64,000 nucleotides of DNA. It comes from an uncultured Planctomycetia bacterium (GTDB lineage: Bacteria; Omnitrophota; Gorgyraeia; JABMRG01). Of this stretch, positions 1 through 8,836 are shown one piece after another. The position numbers were made by a program, and so were the translations under genes. The notes beneath the pieces were generated by a model, which saw only the letters and a program-made list of their open reading frames with translations, was not told where the DNA came from and ran no database searches. Positions within the stretch are counted from its first letter, which is position 1, and every line of letters begins with the position of its first letter. The stretch is from assembly GCA_964634945.1 (NCBI GenBank), contig CAZWMG010000002.1, forward strand, positions 38,661 to 102,660, given 5' to 3'.

Positions 1-13
1 GGGATATTGTATT

Positions 14-262
14 ATGCCAGTTGCAAATACTTCTAATGGGCCATTTGGTAAAAGGTTTTTCAGAAGAGGTTGTGGTGGTCAAGGTTGGGGAAACCGGAAT
101 TGGGCCATTGGTTCGCAAGGCCGGATGCAATTAAATCAGTCACAGACAGAAGAAGAAAACCTGGATATGCTAAAGGCTTACGCAGCTAATATAAAGCAGG
201 AGCTTGCGGTTACACAAGAGCGTATAGAAACTTTAAAAAAAGACGCAGAAAAAAATAAATAA
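14..262 (+). CDS. DUF5320-like small protein: Gly/Arg-rich N-terminus followed by a C-terminal coiled coil. The 5' end may be partial at the window edge.
   Basis: ORF track. The 'MP..NGPFGKR..RRG.GGQGWGNRN' region followed by an E/K-rich helix resembles the DUF5320 proteins that precede NifX-like genes in anaerobes. Confidence 0.45.
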   Translation: MPVANTSNGPFGKRFFRRGCGGQGWGNRNWAIGSQGRMQLNQSQTEEENLDMLKAYAANIKQELAVTQERIETLKKDAEKNK

Positions 263-296
263 CAAAATGCAGACACAAAACAATTAACAGGAGGAG

Positions 297-662
297 TTGA
301 TGAAACTAGGCATAACTTTAGAAGACGAGAAGGGCATGGATGGTAATGTATCACTCCATTTTGGACAATGTAAGTATTTTCTTATTGCTGACATTGAAGG
401 CAATAAGGTCATAAACTCAAAAGTTGTGCCTAACACAGCTGTGCATGGTGGCGGCGGATGTGTTGCAGTGGATGAGATTTTACAATATAACATTTCGCAT
501 GTAATATCAGGTGGCATGGGTATGGGGGCTCAACAGAAGTTTGCTAATGCAGGAGTGAATATCTTTGGCTATGAAGGTACGGTTAAAGATGCTATGGAAG
601 GGCTCCTAAATAATTCATTAGATGGATTAGGGGTATGTCGGGATCATGGAGAGTGTCATTAA
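297..662 (+). CDS. NifX/NifB-like dinitrogenase FeMo-cofactor-biosynthesis-domain protein (PF02579-like)
   Basis: 121 aa with 'GQCKYFLIAD' and 'HGGGG' motifs. Glycine-rich small alpha/beta protein typical of the NifX/NafY/NifB C-terminal family. Confidence 0.6.
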   Translation: MMKLGITLEDEKGMDGNVSLHFGQCKYFLIADIEGNKVINSKVVPNTAVHGGGGCVAVDEILQYNISHVISGGMGMGAQQKFANAGVNIFGYEGTVKDAMEGLLNNSLDGLGVCRDHGECH

Positions 663-677
663 ACAAAAGAGGATATT

Positions 678-1052
678 ATGAAGATCTGTATTACTTCACA
701 GGGGGAAACGATGAACGCGGCGATAGATCCGCGTTTTGGCAGGTGTCAGTATTTTATTATCGCGGATACCGATAACTCGGCTTTTGAAGCGATTAAAAAC
801 CCGAATATCGAATCTATGGGCGGCGCGGGTATTCAATCGGGCCAGTTTGTTGCCATAAAACAGGCAAAGGCGGTTATAACAGGTAATGTCGGGCCCAATG
901 CCTTTCAGGCCTTACAAGCTGCGAATGTAGATGTAATTATCGGTGTTTCAGGTACCGTAGAAGAAGCGATAGAAAAGTACAAAAAAGGCGATCTAAAGCC
1001 TGCAGAGGGCCCTAGTGTAAATTCAAAGTTTGGCGTACCGCCAACAAACTGA
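678..1052 (+). CDS. Second NifX/NifB-like FeMo-cofactor-binding-domain protein, paralogous to 297-662
   Basis: 124 aa with 'DPRFGRCQYFIIAD' and 'GNVGPNAFQAL..NVDVI'. Tandem paralogue of the upstream gene. Confidence 0.6.
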   Translation: MKICITSQGETMNAAIDPRFGRCQYFIIADTDNSAFEAIKNPNIESMGGAGIQSGQFVAIKQAKAVITGNVGPNAFQALQAANVDVIIGVSGTVEEAIEKYKKGDLKPAEGPSVNSKFGVPPTN

Positions 1053-1073
1053 TTAAAATAAGGAGAAACAAAG

Positions 1074-1241
1074 ATGCCGGCAAATATTGATAAAGAAAAA
1101 TGTACAGGATGCGGAGCCTGTGTAGGTGCCTGTCCCGTAAATGTTATAAAGATAGAGAACGATAAGGCAGTAATAAGTGATGATTGTATAGACTGCGGCG
1201 CTTGTGTGAGCCAGTGCCCGGTAGAGGCGATATCACTTTAA
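1074..1241 (+). CDS. 2x[4Fe-4S] ferredoxin, 55 aa, absent from the ORF track because it is under 60 aa
   Basis: Hand translation gives MPANIDKEKCTGCGACVGACPVNVIKIENDKAVISDDCIDCGACVSQCPVEAISL*. It has two CxxCxxCxxxCP motifs and an AGGAG RBS 8 nt upstream. Confidence 0.7.
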   Translation: MPANIDKEKCTGCGACVGACPVNVIKIENDKAVISDDCIDCGACVSQCPVEAISL

Positions 1242-1245
1242 AGAT

Positions 1246-2103
1246 ATGATTATTTCAGTTGCCAGCGGAAAAGGCGGTACAGGCAAGACCACTGTATCTA
1301 CAAGTCTTGCTCTTTCTATCGCAGGAGGCGTGCAATTTCTTGACTGTGATGTTGAAGAGCCTAACGCGCATATTTTTCTAAAACCTGCCGTGAAAAAGAT
1401 TGAAAAAAGTTTTATCCCGGTGCCTGAGATAGATAGAAAAAAATGTAATTATTGCGGAAAGTGCAGAGAAGTGTGCGCCTATAACGCTATGATGGTTATC
1501 CCCGCAACAGAGGAGACAAGGGGCAGCATCTTAGTCTTTTCTCACCTATGCCACGGATGCGGCGCGTGCGCTTATTTCTGCCCGCAAAAAGCCATAAAAG
1601 AAGTAGGTAAAGAGATAGGTACTATCGAGATAGGTGATGTTGGTTCCATGCAATTTATTCATGGACGCCTTAATATAGGCGAAGCCATGGCGCCACCTTT
1701 AATAAGGCACGTTAAAACGTATATTAATTACACTGGAACAGTTATTATCGATGCTCCTCCGGGGGCATCGTGCCCTGTTATCGAGTCCTTAAGAAAAAGC
1801 AATTTCTGTATTTTGGTGACAGAACCCACTCCTTTTGGACTAAACGATCTAATATTGGCGGTCGAAGTTTTGCGAAAGCTTGAGATCCCTTTTGGTGTTG
1901 TGGTTAATAGGTCGGATTTGGGTGATAACAAGACAGATAACTACTGCCGCGAAGAAAAAATACAGGTACTTATGCGCATACCCTTTAAAGAGGAGATAGC
2001 TATAGCCTACTCCAGGGGCATACCGATAGTTTTGGCTTTTCCTGAATACAAAAAGGATTTTGCGAAGCTCTATGACACTATTAGCAGACGGGATAAGACA
2101 TGA
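1246..2103 (+). CDS. MinD/ParA-superfamily P-loop ATPase with an inserted double 4Fe-4S ferredoxin domain (COG1149-like)
   Basis: Deviant Walker A 'SGKGGTGKTT' plus two CxxCxxCxxxCP motifs ('CNYCGKCREVC', 'CHGCGACAYFCP'). Confidence 0.7.
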   Translation: MIISVASGKGGTGKTTVSTSLALSIAGGVQFLDCDVEEPNAHIFLKPAVKKIEKSFIPVPEIDRKKCNYCGKCREVCAYNAMMVIPATEETRGSILVFSHLCHGCGACAYFCPQKAIKEVGKEIGTIEIGDVGSMQFIHGRLNIGEAMAPPLIRHVKTYINYTGTVIIDAPPGASCPVIESLRKSNFCILVTEPTPFGLNDLILAVEVLRKLEIPFGVVVNRSDLGDNKTDNYCREEKIQVLMRIPFKEEIAIAYSRGIPIVLAFPEYKKDFAKLYDTISRRDKT

Positions 2104-2957
2104 AACAGGTAGTTATAATCAGCGGAAAAGGCGGTACCGGCAAGACCGTAATTACGGGCTCATTTGCCGCGTTAGCAAAGAATAAAATAATGGCAGATTG
2201 CGACGTAGATGCCGCGGATCTCCATCTTTTGCTGCAACCGGATATAAAAGAGAGGCATGAATTTAGAAGCGGCAAGACCGCGATTATTAAAAAAGAACTT
2301 TGTAAAAAATGCGGCAAATGTTTAAGCATTTGCCGCATTGAAGCGATAAGCAGTGATTTTATCATAGACCCTGTATCTTGTGAAGGTTGTGGTTTTTGCG
2401 GTTTCGTTTGCCCTGAAGGCGCTATAGAAATGAAGGAGAATATTTCCGGGGAGTGGTTTATATCTGATACACGCTTTGGGCCGATGGTATACGCCAAGCT
2501 CGGAGCAGCACAGGAGAATTCCGGAAAACTTGTTTCACTGGTAAGAAACCAGGCAAAACAGCTTGCGAAAAAAGAAAACCGCGATTGGGTTATTATCGAC
2601 GGGGCGCCGGGTATAGGCTGCCCTGTAATCGCTTCACTTTCAGGTATGGATTGCGCGATAGTTGTTACTGAGCCTACTCTCTCGGGCCTGCATGATGCCA
2701 GCCGTGTTATTGATGTTGCGAAGCATTTTAAGGTTAAGACAACACTTCTTATAAACAAGTATGACCTAAATCTTGACATGACCAAAAAGATAGAGCAATA
2801 TTGCGAAAAAGAAGGCGTTGAAATTATCGGTAAAGTTAGTTTCGATAAGTCAGTAGTAGAGGCCATGGTATCTTCTAAAACAGTGGTTGAATGCGGCGAC
2901 TCAAAAGCTAAGGATGAGATCACCTCTATCTGGGAACGTTTACAAAAAGAGTTTTAA
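2100..2957 (+). CDS. Second MinD/ParA-type ATPase with ferredoxin insert. Its start codon overlaps the upstream stop (ATGA).
   Basis: 'SGKGGTGKT' Walker A. Two Cys-cluster motifs: 'CKKCGKCLSIC' and 'CEGCGFCGFVCP'. Confidence 0.7.
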   Translation: MKQVVIISGKGGTGKTVITGSFAALAKNKIMADCDVDAADLHLLLQPDIKERHEFRSGKTAIIKKELCKKCGKCLSICRIEAISSDFIIDPVSCEGCGFCGFVCPEGAIEMKENISGEWFISDTRFGPMVYAKLGAAQENSGKLVSLVRNQAKQLAKKENRDWVIIDGAPGIGCPVIASLSGMDCAIVVTEPTLSGLHDASRVIDVAKHFKVKTTLLINKYDLNLDMTKKIEQYCEKEGVEIIGKVSFDKSVVEAMVSSKTVVECGDSKAKDEITSIWERLQKEF

Positions 2958-2992
2958 CGGGGTTTAAAATATAAAAAAGGCAGGCCTATTGG

Positions 2993-3889
2993 ATGAGGAC
3001 TTATCTGGATTGCATACCATGTTTTTTTAAGCAGGCGCTTGAAGCCGGAAAAATCGCGGGAGCAAGCCAGGTTACGCAAAAAAGAATACTGGATAAGCTC
3101 GCTAAGGACTTTTCGAAATTCTCCTTAAGTGCTTCTCCGCCCGAGATAGGCAGGACTATCTATGGTATTGTAAAAGAGGTTACCAAAAAGAAGGATCCTT
3201 TTGCGCAAATAAAAGCAAAGAGTAACAGGCTCGCGCTTAAGATGTATAAAAAGCTAAAGAATAAAGTTGCTTATTCAAGTGATAGGCTATTGATGGCCGT
3301 GGAACTCGCGATTGCCGGTAATATAATTGATTATGGTGTTAAAAATTCATTAAATGTTGATGCTGAGCTGGCGAAGATTTTAGCACAAGAGAATAGATCT
3401 ATAAAACAAGAGAGCAAGGCAATATTTGATTATAAGAGTTTTAAACACGCCTTGAAGCGATCGAGTGCGATACTCTATCTTGGCGATAACGCGGGAGAGA
3501 CGGTTTTTGACCGCGTATTGATAGAGGAGATTAAAAGAATTGATAAGGCAAAGAACATTACATATGTTGTAAAGAAGAGCCCCGTTATAAATGACGCGCT
3601 TATCAAGGATGCCATAGATTGCGGCATAGACAAGACAGCTAAGATAATATCATCAGGTTCTGATGCGCCGGGAACGGTTTTGCCCTTATGTAAAAAAAGT
3701 TTTTTGAATTTGTTTAACAAGGCTGACATGGTCATAAGTAAGGGGCAAGGCAACTTTGAGGCATTGTCAGGCGTTAAGAGGCCGGTATTTTTTCTTTTTA
3801 TGGCAAAATGTCCTGTTGTTGCCCAACATGTTGGATGCAAGATAGGGGACATTATATTGTCCTATCACCCAAGTAAAAGGAGAATGTAA
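2993..3889 (+). CDS. DUF89/ARMT1-like protein (metal-dependent phosphatase/damage-control family)
   Basis: N-terminal 'LDCIPCF', 'LGDNAGETVFD' and 'KGQGNFE' motifs recalled as hallmarks of PF01937. No search was run. Confidence 0.5.
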   Translation: MRTYLDCIPCFFKQALEAGKIAGASQVTQKRILDKLAKDFSKFSLSASPPEIGRTIYGIVKEVTKKKDPFAQIKAKSNRLALKMYKKLKNKVAYSSDRLLMAVELAIAGNIIDYGVKNSLNVDAELAKILAQENRSIKQESKAIFDYKSFKHALKRSSAILYLGDNAGETVFDRVLIEEIKRIDKAKNITYVVKKSPVINDALIKDAIDCGIDKTAKIISSGSDAPGTVLPLCKKSFLNLFNKADMVISKGQGNFEALSGVKRPVFFLFMAKCPVVAQHVGCKIGDIILSYHPSKRRM

Positions 3890-3893
3890 GTAT

Positions 3894-4529
3894 ATGCGAT
3901 ATATTCCAAAAGTGACCCATAAAAGTATCGAGGAAAACCACCGGCACTTTATGGAGCGCGTTTCAATCTTTAAAAAGAGAGGGTTTGATTTTTCCAGAAG
4001 CTTGCGGTTTGTCTTAAAAAAAGCAGAGCCGTTACATGGCAGCATTTTGGAGATAGGTACCGGTACAGGGCATACTATGCTTGCCTTGGCAAAAGCAGGG
4101 TATGAGCTTACATCAATAGATAAGGACAAAAATGCTCTAAAGATAGCGGCATTAAACCTCGCCTATGCGAAATTGCTTCCCCTAGTTGAGTTTCACGCAA
4201 TGGATGGCAAGAAGCTAAAATTTAAAAACAATAGTTTTAATAACATAATCGCCGTGAGCGTGTTCCATCACATAAATAGCGTCGAGAAAATGCTTATAGA
4301 AATAGACAGGGTCTTAAGTAAGAACGGGAAGATTGTCTTCGCTGATTTCAATAGCAAAGGTATGGCGATAGTAAACAGTGTGCACAGGCATGAGGGTGGA
4401 GTTCATGAATGTACAGATGCTACAAAAGGGAAGATATTTTCCTATTTTCATGGATTAGGCTATGATATGGATAGTTACAATTCTAAGAGTCACTGGGCTA
4501 TTATCGGGAAAAAGGTAATCAGAAAATAA
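3894..4529 (+). CDS. Class I SAM-dependent methyltransferase
   Basis: Motif I 'ILEIGTGTGHT' and downstream acidic motif 'IVFADF'. Confidence 0.65.
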   Translation: MRYIPKVTHKSIEENHRHFMERVSIFKKRGFDFSRSLRFVLKKAEPLHGSILEIGTGTGHTMLALAKAGYELTSIDKDKNALKIAALNLAYAKLLPLVEFHAMDGKKLKFKNNSFNNIIAVSVFHHINSVEKMLIEIDRVLSKNGKIVFADFNSKGMAIVNSVHRHEGGVHECTDATKGKIFSYFHGLGYDMDSYNSKSHWAIIGKKVIRK

Positions 4530-4532
4530 GAT

Positions 4533-5247
4533 ATGAGGGCTCAGATTCTTTTTAATGACAAGGCTATTAGCTCCGAATTTTTAGAAGGACATGGATTTTC
4601 CTGCCTCATTGATAGTCGCCTTCTTTTCGATACTGGTTCTGGTTTTGAAATATTGCTAAAGAATATAAAAACCGCAGGCGTTGGCATTGATGATATAGGT
4701 TCGATTGTTATCTCTCACGATCATCAGGATCACACAGGAGGCTTATGGGAGATATTAAGAATTAAAAAAGGCCTTGAAGTCTATGCATGTCCTAATTTTA
4801 GCCGGGAATTCAAAGACAAGGCAAAAGCGTTCTGTGGTACTCTTATAGAGCATGAGAAACCATTTGAGATATCAAAGAATATATTTCTTACAGGAGAGAT
4901 ACCGGGAACTTACAAGGGTAAGTCTATGCCTGAGCAGTCACTTGTTGTAAAAACAGAGTTGGGCATAAGTGTAATTACAGGTTGTGCCCACCCCGGTATT
5001 GTTAATATCCTACAGAGAGTTAAATCCTTTTTATCTTTGAGGGAGTTTTTATTCGGTTTTAGGCGGATTGCATTTACATGATAAGAGCAAAAATGAGATA
5101 AATCATGTAACCGAAGAATTTCAGGCCATGAAAGTTAGAAAAGTAGGCCCTGCCCATTGTAGCGGCAAGGCAGCGGAAGGCATATTCAAAAAGAGGTATA
5201 TGGATAATTCCATTACGGTAAGAGCGGGCGGGGAGTTAAGCATATAA
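4533..5247 (+). pseudogene. MBL-fold metallo-hydrolase (COG1237-like) with an interrupted reading frame. The N-terminal part (4533-5081) is in one frame and the conserved C-terminal part (5041-5247) is in the next frame after the TGA at 5038-5040.
   Basis: 'SHDHQDHTGG' (HxHxDH) and 'GCAHPGIVNI' lie in frame 0. 'VLGGLHLHD...VGPAHCSGKAAE..GGELSI*' lies in frame +1. The shift sits in the T-rich run 'cctttttatctttgagggagttttt'. Confidence 0.5.
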
Positions 5248-5460
5248 CCAGCGCGCGCAAATGCCTTGTTGCGCTTAATTTTCTTGACAAAAAATCCGCC
5301 ATGTTATGCGCTCATACCTTATCCATGCCTGATATCTGCATCGGAAAGCCCACATTTTCTTGCACCATTTAATTGCCCGCGTAGTTGACTTTTATTAATA
5401 CTTATGATATACTTTTATTAAACTATCAAAAAGTAATAACGTAAAATTTAGGTTATTATT

Positions 5461-7797
5461 ATGTCAAATATTGCAAAAAAATACACGTATAAATATATAT
5501 GCGTATCACTTATTATATTTCTTATTAGTGTGATCCCCAAATCTCACGTATTTGCCCTCCGCCCAATTGCTTACGATCTTTCTGCGGCAAAGAGTTCGGC
5601 TAGCGGCGCTCTTTTAAATGATAGCAAACGTATATTAGCTGATCCCCTTTCTCTTTCTACTGTCAAAAAACCGGAATGGGCAATGGAAATCGCCGAAAAT
5701 CTTTATGGGAATAAAAGATTCGATTTTGGCGAAACACATTTTGAACACGCAAGCAAAGTAGCAGATGCACTCATAGGGTTAAACCCCAAAATAGATGAGT
5801 TAACAATAGCGGCGGTCTTGTTGCATGTAACAGATATAGAAAACCTAGAAAAATATATAGACATCCTTAAAAAACATATAGAGAATATAAAAAAGAAATC
5901 TAAGAAAAACAAAAATAAGCCGAAAAAATCTGAATCGAAATACAAAAAAGATACTATAAGCAAGATAGCAAGCTTAAGTACAAAAGATATCAATAAGATT
6001 GTAAATTTAGTCAAGAGCATGAACAGGGTAATCCGCTTACCATATCTGCCTCCTGATAAACCAGGGCTAAGATTAAATCAGAACAAGATGAACATGATTA
6101 TACAATTGACAGTGAGCAAGGAGTGCATGTTTTCGGTCTTTGCAGATAAGTTAAAAACTCTTTTGGCCGCTCCAAACCTGGAAAAAACGCAACAGGATTA
6201 TATATACCGCGAGACACTTAATATTTATGCTCCTTTAGCAGAAAGACTTGGCATGGATGGTTTAGCCAGGGACTTTAGAGATACGGTATTAGAGTTTAGC
6301 AATGGTGAGGTGTATGATGCAGTTGTAGAAGCTATGAAAAAAAGGATTGGCATGGATCGCCAAGAGGCATTGGGATACTTGGCGGAGGTAGAAAACAATC
6401 TTAAGCATGACTTAAAAGAGTTAAATATTTCAGCCAGAATTAAGGTGAGACAGAAAAGCATTTATTCCGTTTACGAGAAGATAAAAGCTCTAAGAAGAAA
6501 AAGGCATGGAAAAAATGATGAGGTGTCTATTGAGGAAATTGCCACATACATATACGAAATCGATGATTTACTTGGTGTAAAAATAATTGTTGGCAATAAT
6601 GAGGAAGATTTCTGGCTGGCGTCAGATATATCTACAAAGCATAATATAAACGAACGTGAAATTAAATTTGATAAAAAAAGAGGCAGCCATAAAACCACTG
6701 CATTGCACACAGGCGTAAAGAGTAAAACAGATAACGTGCTTTATGAACTTCAGGTGATAACGGAGAATAATTCTTATGACCTAAAGTATGGTACAAAAGC
6801 ACATTGGGCATATAAGGCAAAAAGAGAGACGGGACAAAACTTTGATATTGACGATATTGAGAAAGCGGAGAATTTTAACGAGCGTTTTTCAAAACTGAAA
6901 GAATATTTGGATAAGTGGGTATTTGTATTGAGAGAGATAGATGATATCGGAGGCAAAACCGCGTTTAAGGTTTTAAGGTTTTTTAAGGGTAGCATTCCTG
7001 CTGATTTTGCAGCCGCAAAAAGCATAAACGCACTTGATAAAGACTATGAAAAAGCAAAGCATCATAGAGCATACTATGATATTACGCAAAACAGAGTCAT
7101 CAGATCGCAAGAAAGAGAACTAAGCCCGGCTGCTAAGCTTAAGTCGGGTATGGTGGTAAGCGTTTTAGTAAGGAATAATTTTTTGAAAAAAAATTCCAAT
7201 ACATATCAGGCGATAAAAAAACACGCGGAAATGCCCCGCACATATTTTTTACTTTATACCATGGGTCTTACTGAAGCGGATATGCATAAATTAGCAGTAC
7301 AAGGAAAGAGTATCTTGGAAGAGGAGGCATCAAGATTTATTAATATTGCGCATTTTGAGCCGAGGGCAAAGAAGTTTAGAAAGGATATGAAAAAAGGATA
7401 TGATAACAGCAATGGTTTTTATGATAAAATGGCAATTGGCCTTGGCTTGAAAGATGAGACAGAATTGTGCATTCTTTTAACTATACCGGATAAGGTTGTT
7501 GTAGATAGAACAAAGCAGCAAATAAAAGAACATGCATTAAATAGAAGAAGAGGCGCCTTAACAAGAGGCAGAGAGCTTCTAAGAGCAGGGGGGAATGGGT
7601 TGGATTTGAACGATGACGAAGTGCTCAAAAAATTAACATCGATATTAGATGACCCGTCTATTCAGAAAGCATCATTGCTGGAGCTGTTTATCGCAATAGG
7701 AGATGGCGAAATAGACGCAGAGTTTGTAAAAGCATCCTCATCAGGAACCAAGCCTTTTAAGGTATCAAGGCCGGATCTCTGTAGTTCAGCAGCCTGA
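5461..7797 (+). CDS. RelA/SpoT-homologue (p)ppGpp synthetase with a degenerate HD hydrolase motif, an N-terminal hydrophobic segment, a lysine-rich insert, and TGS-like and C-terminal regulatory regions
   Basis: Synthetase-domain motifs 'RQKSIYSVYEKI', 'DLLGVKIIV' and 'ELQVIT...KAHWAYKAK'. The HD region reads 'AAVLLHVTDIEN' (HV instead of HD). The insert is 'KKKSKKNKNKPKKSESKYKK'. Confidence 0.6.
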   Translation: MSNIAKKYTYKYICVSLIIFLISVIPKSHVFALRPIAYDLSAAKSSASGALLNDSKRILADPLSLSTVKKPEWAMEIAENLYGNKRFDFGETHFEHASKVADALIGLNPKIDELTIAAVLLHVTDIENLEKYIDILKKHIENIKKKSKKNKNKPKKSESKYKKDTISKIASLSTKDINKIVNLVKSMNRVIRLPYLPPDKPGLRLNQNKMNMIIQLTVSKECMFSVFADKLKTLLAAPNLEKTQQDYIYRETLNIYAPLAERLGMDGLARDFRDTVLEFSNGEVYDAVVEAMKKRIGMDRQEALGYLAEVENNLKHDLKELNISARIKVRQKSIYSVYEKIKALRRKRHGKNDEVSIEEIATYIYEIDDLLGVKIIVGNNEEDFWLASDISTKHNINEREIKFDKKRGSHKTTALHTGVKSKTDNVLYELQVITENNSYDLKYGTKAHWAYKAKRETGQNFDIDDIEKAENFNERFSKLKEYLDKWVFVLREIDDIGGKTAFKVLRFFKGSIPADFAAAKSINALDKDYEKAKHHRAYYDITQNRVIRSQERELSPAAKLKSGMVVSVLVRNNFLKKNSNTYQAIKKHAEMPRTYFLLYTMGLTEADMHKLAVQGKSILEEEASRFINIAHFEPRAKKFRKDMKKGYDNSNGFYDKMAIGLGLKDETELCILLTIPDKVVVDRTKQQIKEHALNRRRGALTRGRELLRAGGNGLDLNDDEVLKKLTSILDDPSIQKASLLELFIAIGDGEIDAEFVKASSSGTKPFKVSRPDLCSSAA

Positions 7798-7825
7798 TGC
7801 TGTAAGCCTCAGGCTGACTTTTTAT
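7791..7825 (+). terminator. Rho-independent terminator after the RelA-like gene
   Basis: Stem 'agcctga'/'tcaggct' with an 11-nt loop, followed by 'gacttttta'. Confidence 0.4.
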
Positions 7826-7950
7826 AGCCCAGCTATATTTCTTGACAAAAAACGAGTGATGTTATACACTCATATCTTATCGTGAGCCGGTTATGCCCTG
7901 CTAAAAAGAAGGCATTGGTCTTATCTTTATTATGATCCTAGGAACAAAAC

Positions 7951-8820
7951 ATGAGAAAAACCCTAAATTTTATTCTAATCTTGTTAATAATGGCGTGTGC
8001 TGTAACATTATTTTTCTATGATATACAGTTTAGCACAGAAAAATGTGACATTTTATTCCACAGTAGAAACAATAACAAGAGTAGTTATGGGTTCAATTGT
8101 GAAAAAGGCTTTAAGATAATGCGTTTTGTAAATGGATTAAACGGGGTATCGGCAGAGCAGATATATTCTTCGAGCAAAGATCCACAGGGTGAGCTACCGT
8201 TTAAAAAGGGAGAAAAGCTAGTCTTCGACCTCTATTCCGCGGGGTTGAAGACAGGCAAGTCGGTTCTGGTCTTTCATGGGGAAGAGGAGCTTGACGGAGC
8301 GCAGGTCTATCACATAAGTTTTTCAACGGAATCACCGCTCTTTAAGGACTATGAGGAGATATACGCTGAAAAGGAGACTTTTTTACCGATAAAGATAAAT
8401 AGGCGCATTAAAAAAATAGTGGGTTTCTCAGAAAACATAGAGGAAAAATATAATCAGTCTGATTTTAGCGTAGATATTACTAAGAAAGGCAGGTTATCTT
8501 CAAAGACTACTACGATAAAGAAGGAATCTCCTATCTATAACTCAATATTATTGACATACTATTGTCGCGCCAATCCCTATAACGCGGAGATGTCCAAATT
8601 AAAGATTGTATTGCCAACATTTGATTTCTATATCAATATGTCAGGGCAAGAGACAATAGAGACCCCATCCGGCACATATGATGTTGATGTTTTTTCAAGC
8701 CAGCCGCCAAAATTCACTTTCTATTTAAGCAAAGATAAGGACAGGGTGCCTGTGAAGATAAAAAGCCACACAGCCCTGAATTACTCTATGGTTCTAAATT
8801 CAAAAGAGAATTCTAATTAA
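7951..8820 (+). CDS. Secreted hypothetical protein, possibly DUF3108-like
   Basis: N-terminal hydrophobic signal or anchor. Periodic Tyr/Gly pattern is shared with the protein at 10665-11495. Confidence 0.35.
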   Translation: MRKTLNFILILLIMACAVTLFFYDIQFSTEKCDILFHSRNNNKSSYGFNCEKGFKIMRFVNGLNGVSAEQIYSSSKDPQGELPFKKGEKLVFDLYSAGLKTGKSVLVFHGEEELDGAQVYHISFSTESPLFKDYEEIYAEKETFLPIKINRRIKKIVGFSENIEEKYNQSDFSVDITKKGRLSSKTTTIKKESPIYNSILLTYYCRANPYNAEMSKLKIVLPTFDFYINMSGQETIETPSGTYDVDVFSSQPPKFTFYLSKDKDRVPVKIKSHTALNYSMVLNSKENSN

Positions 8821-8836
8821 AAGCCGCTTTAGCAAC

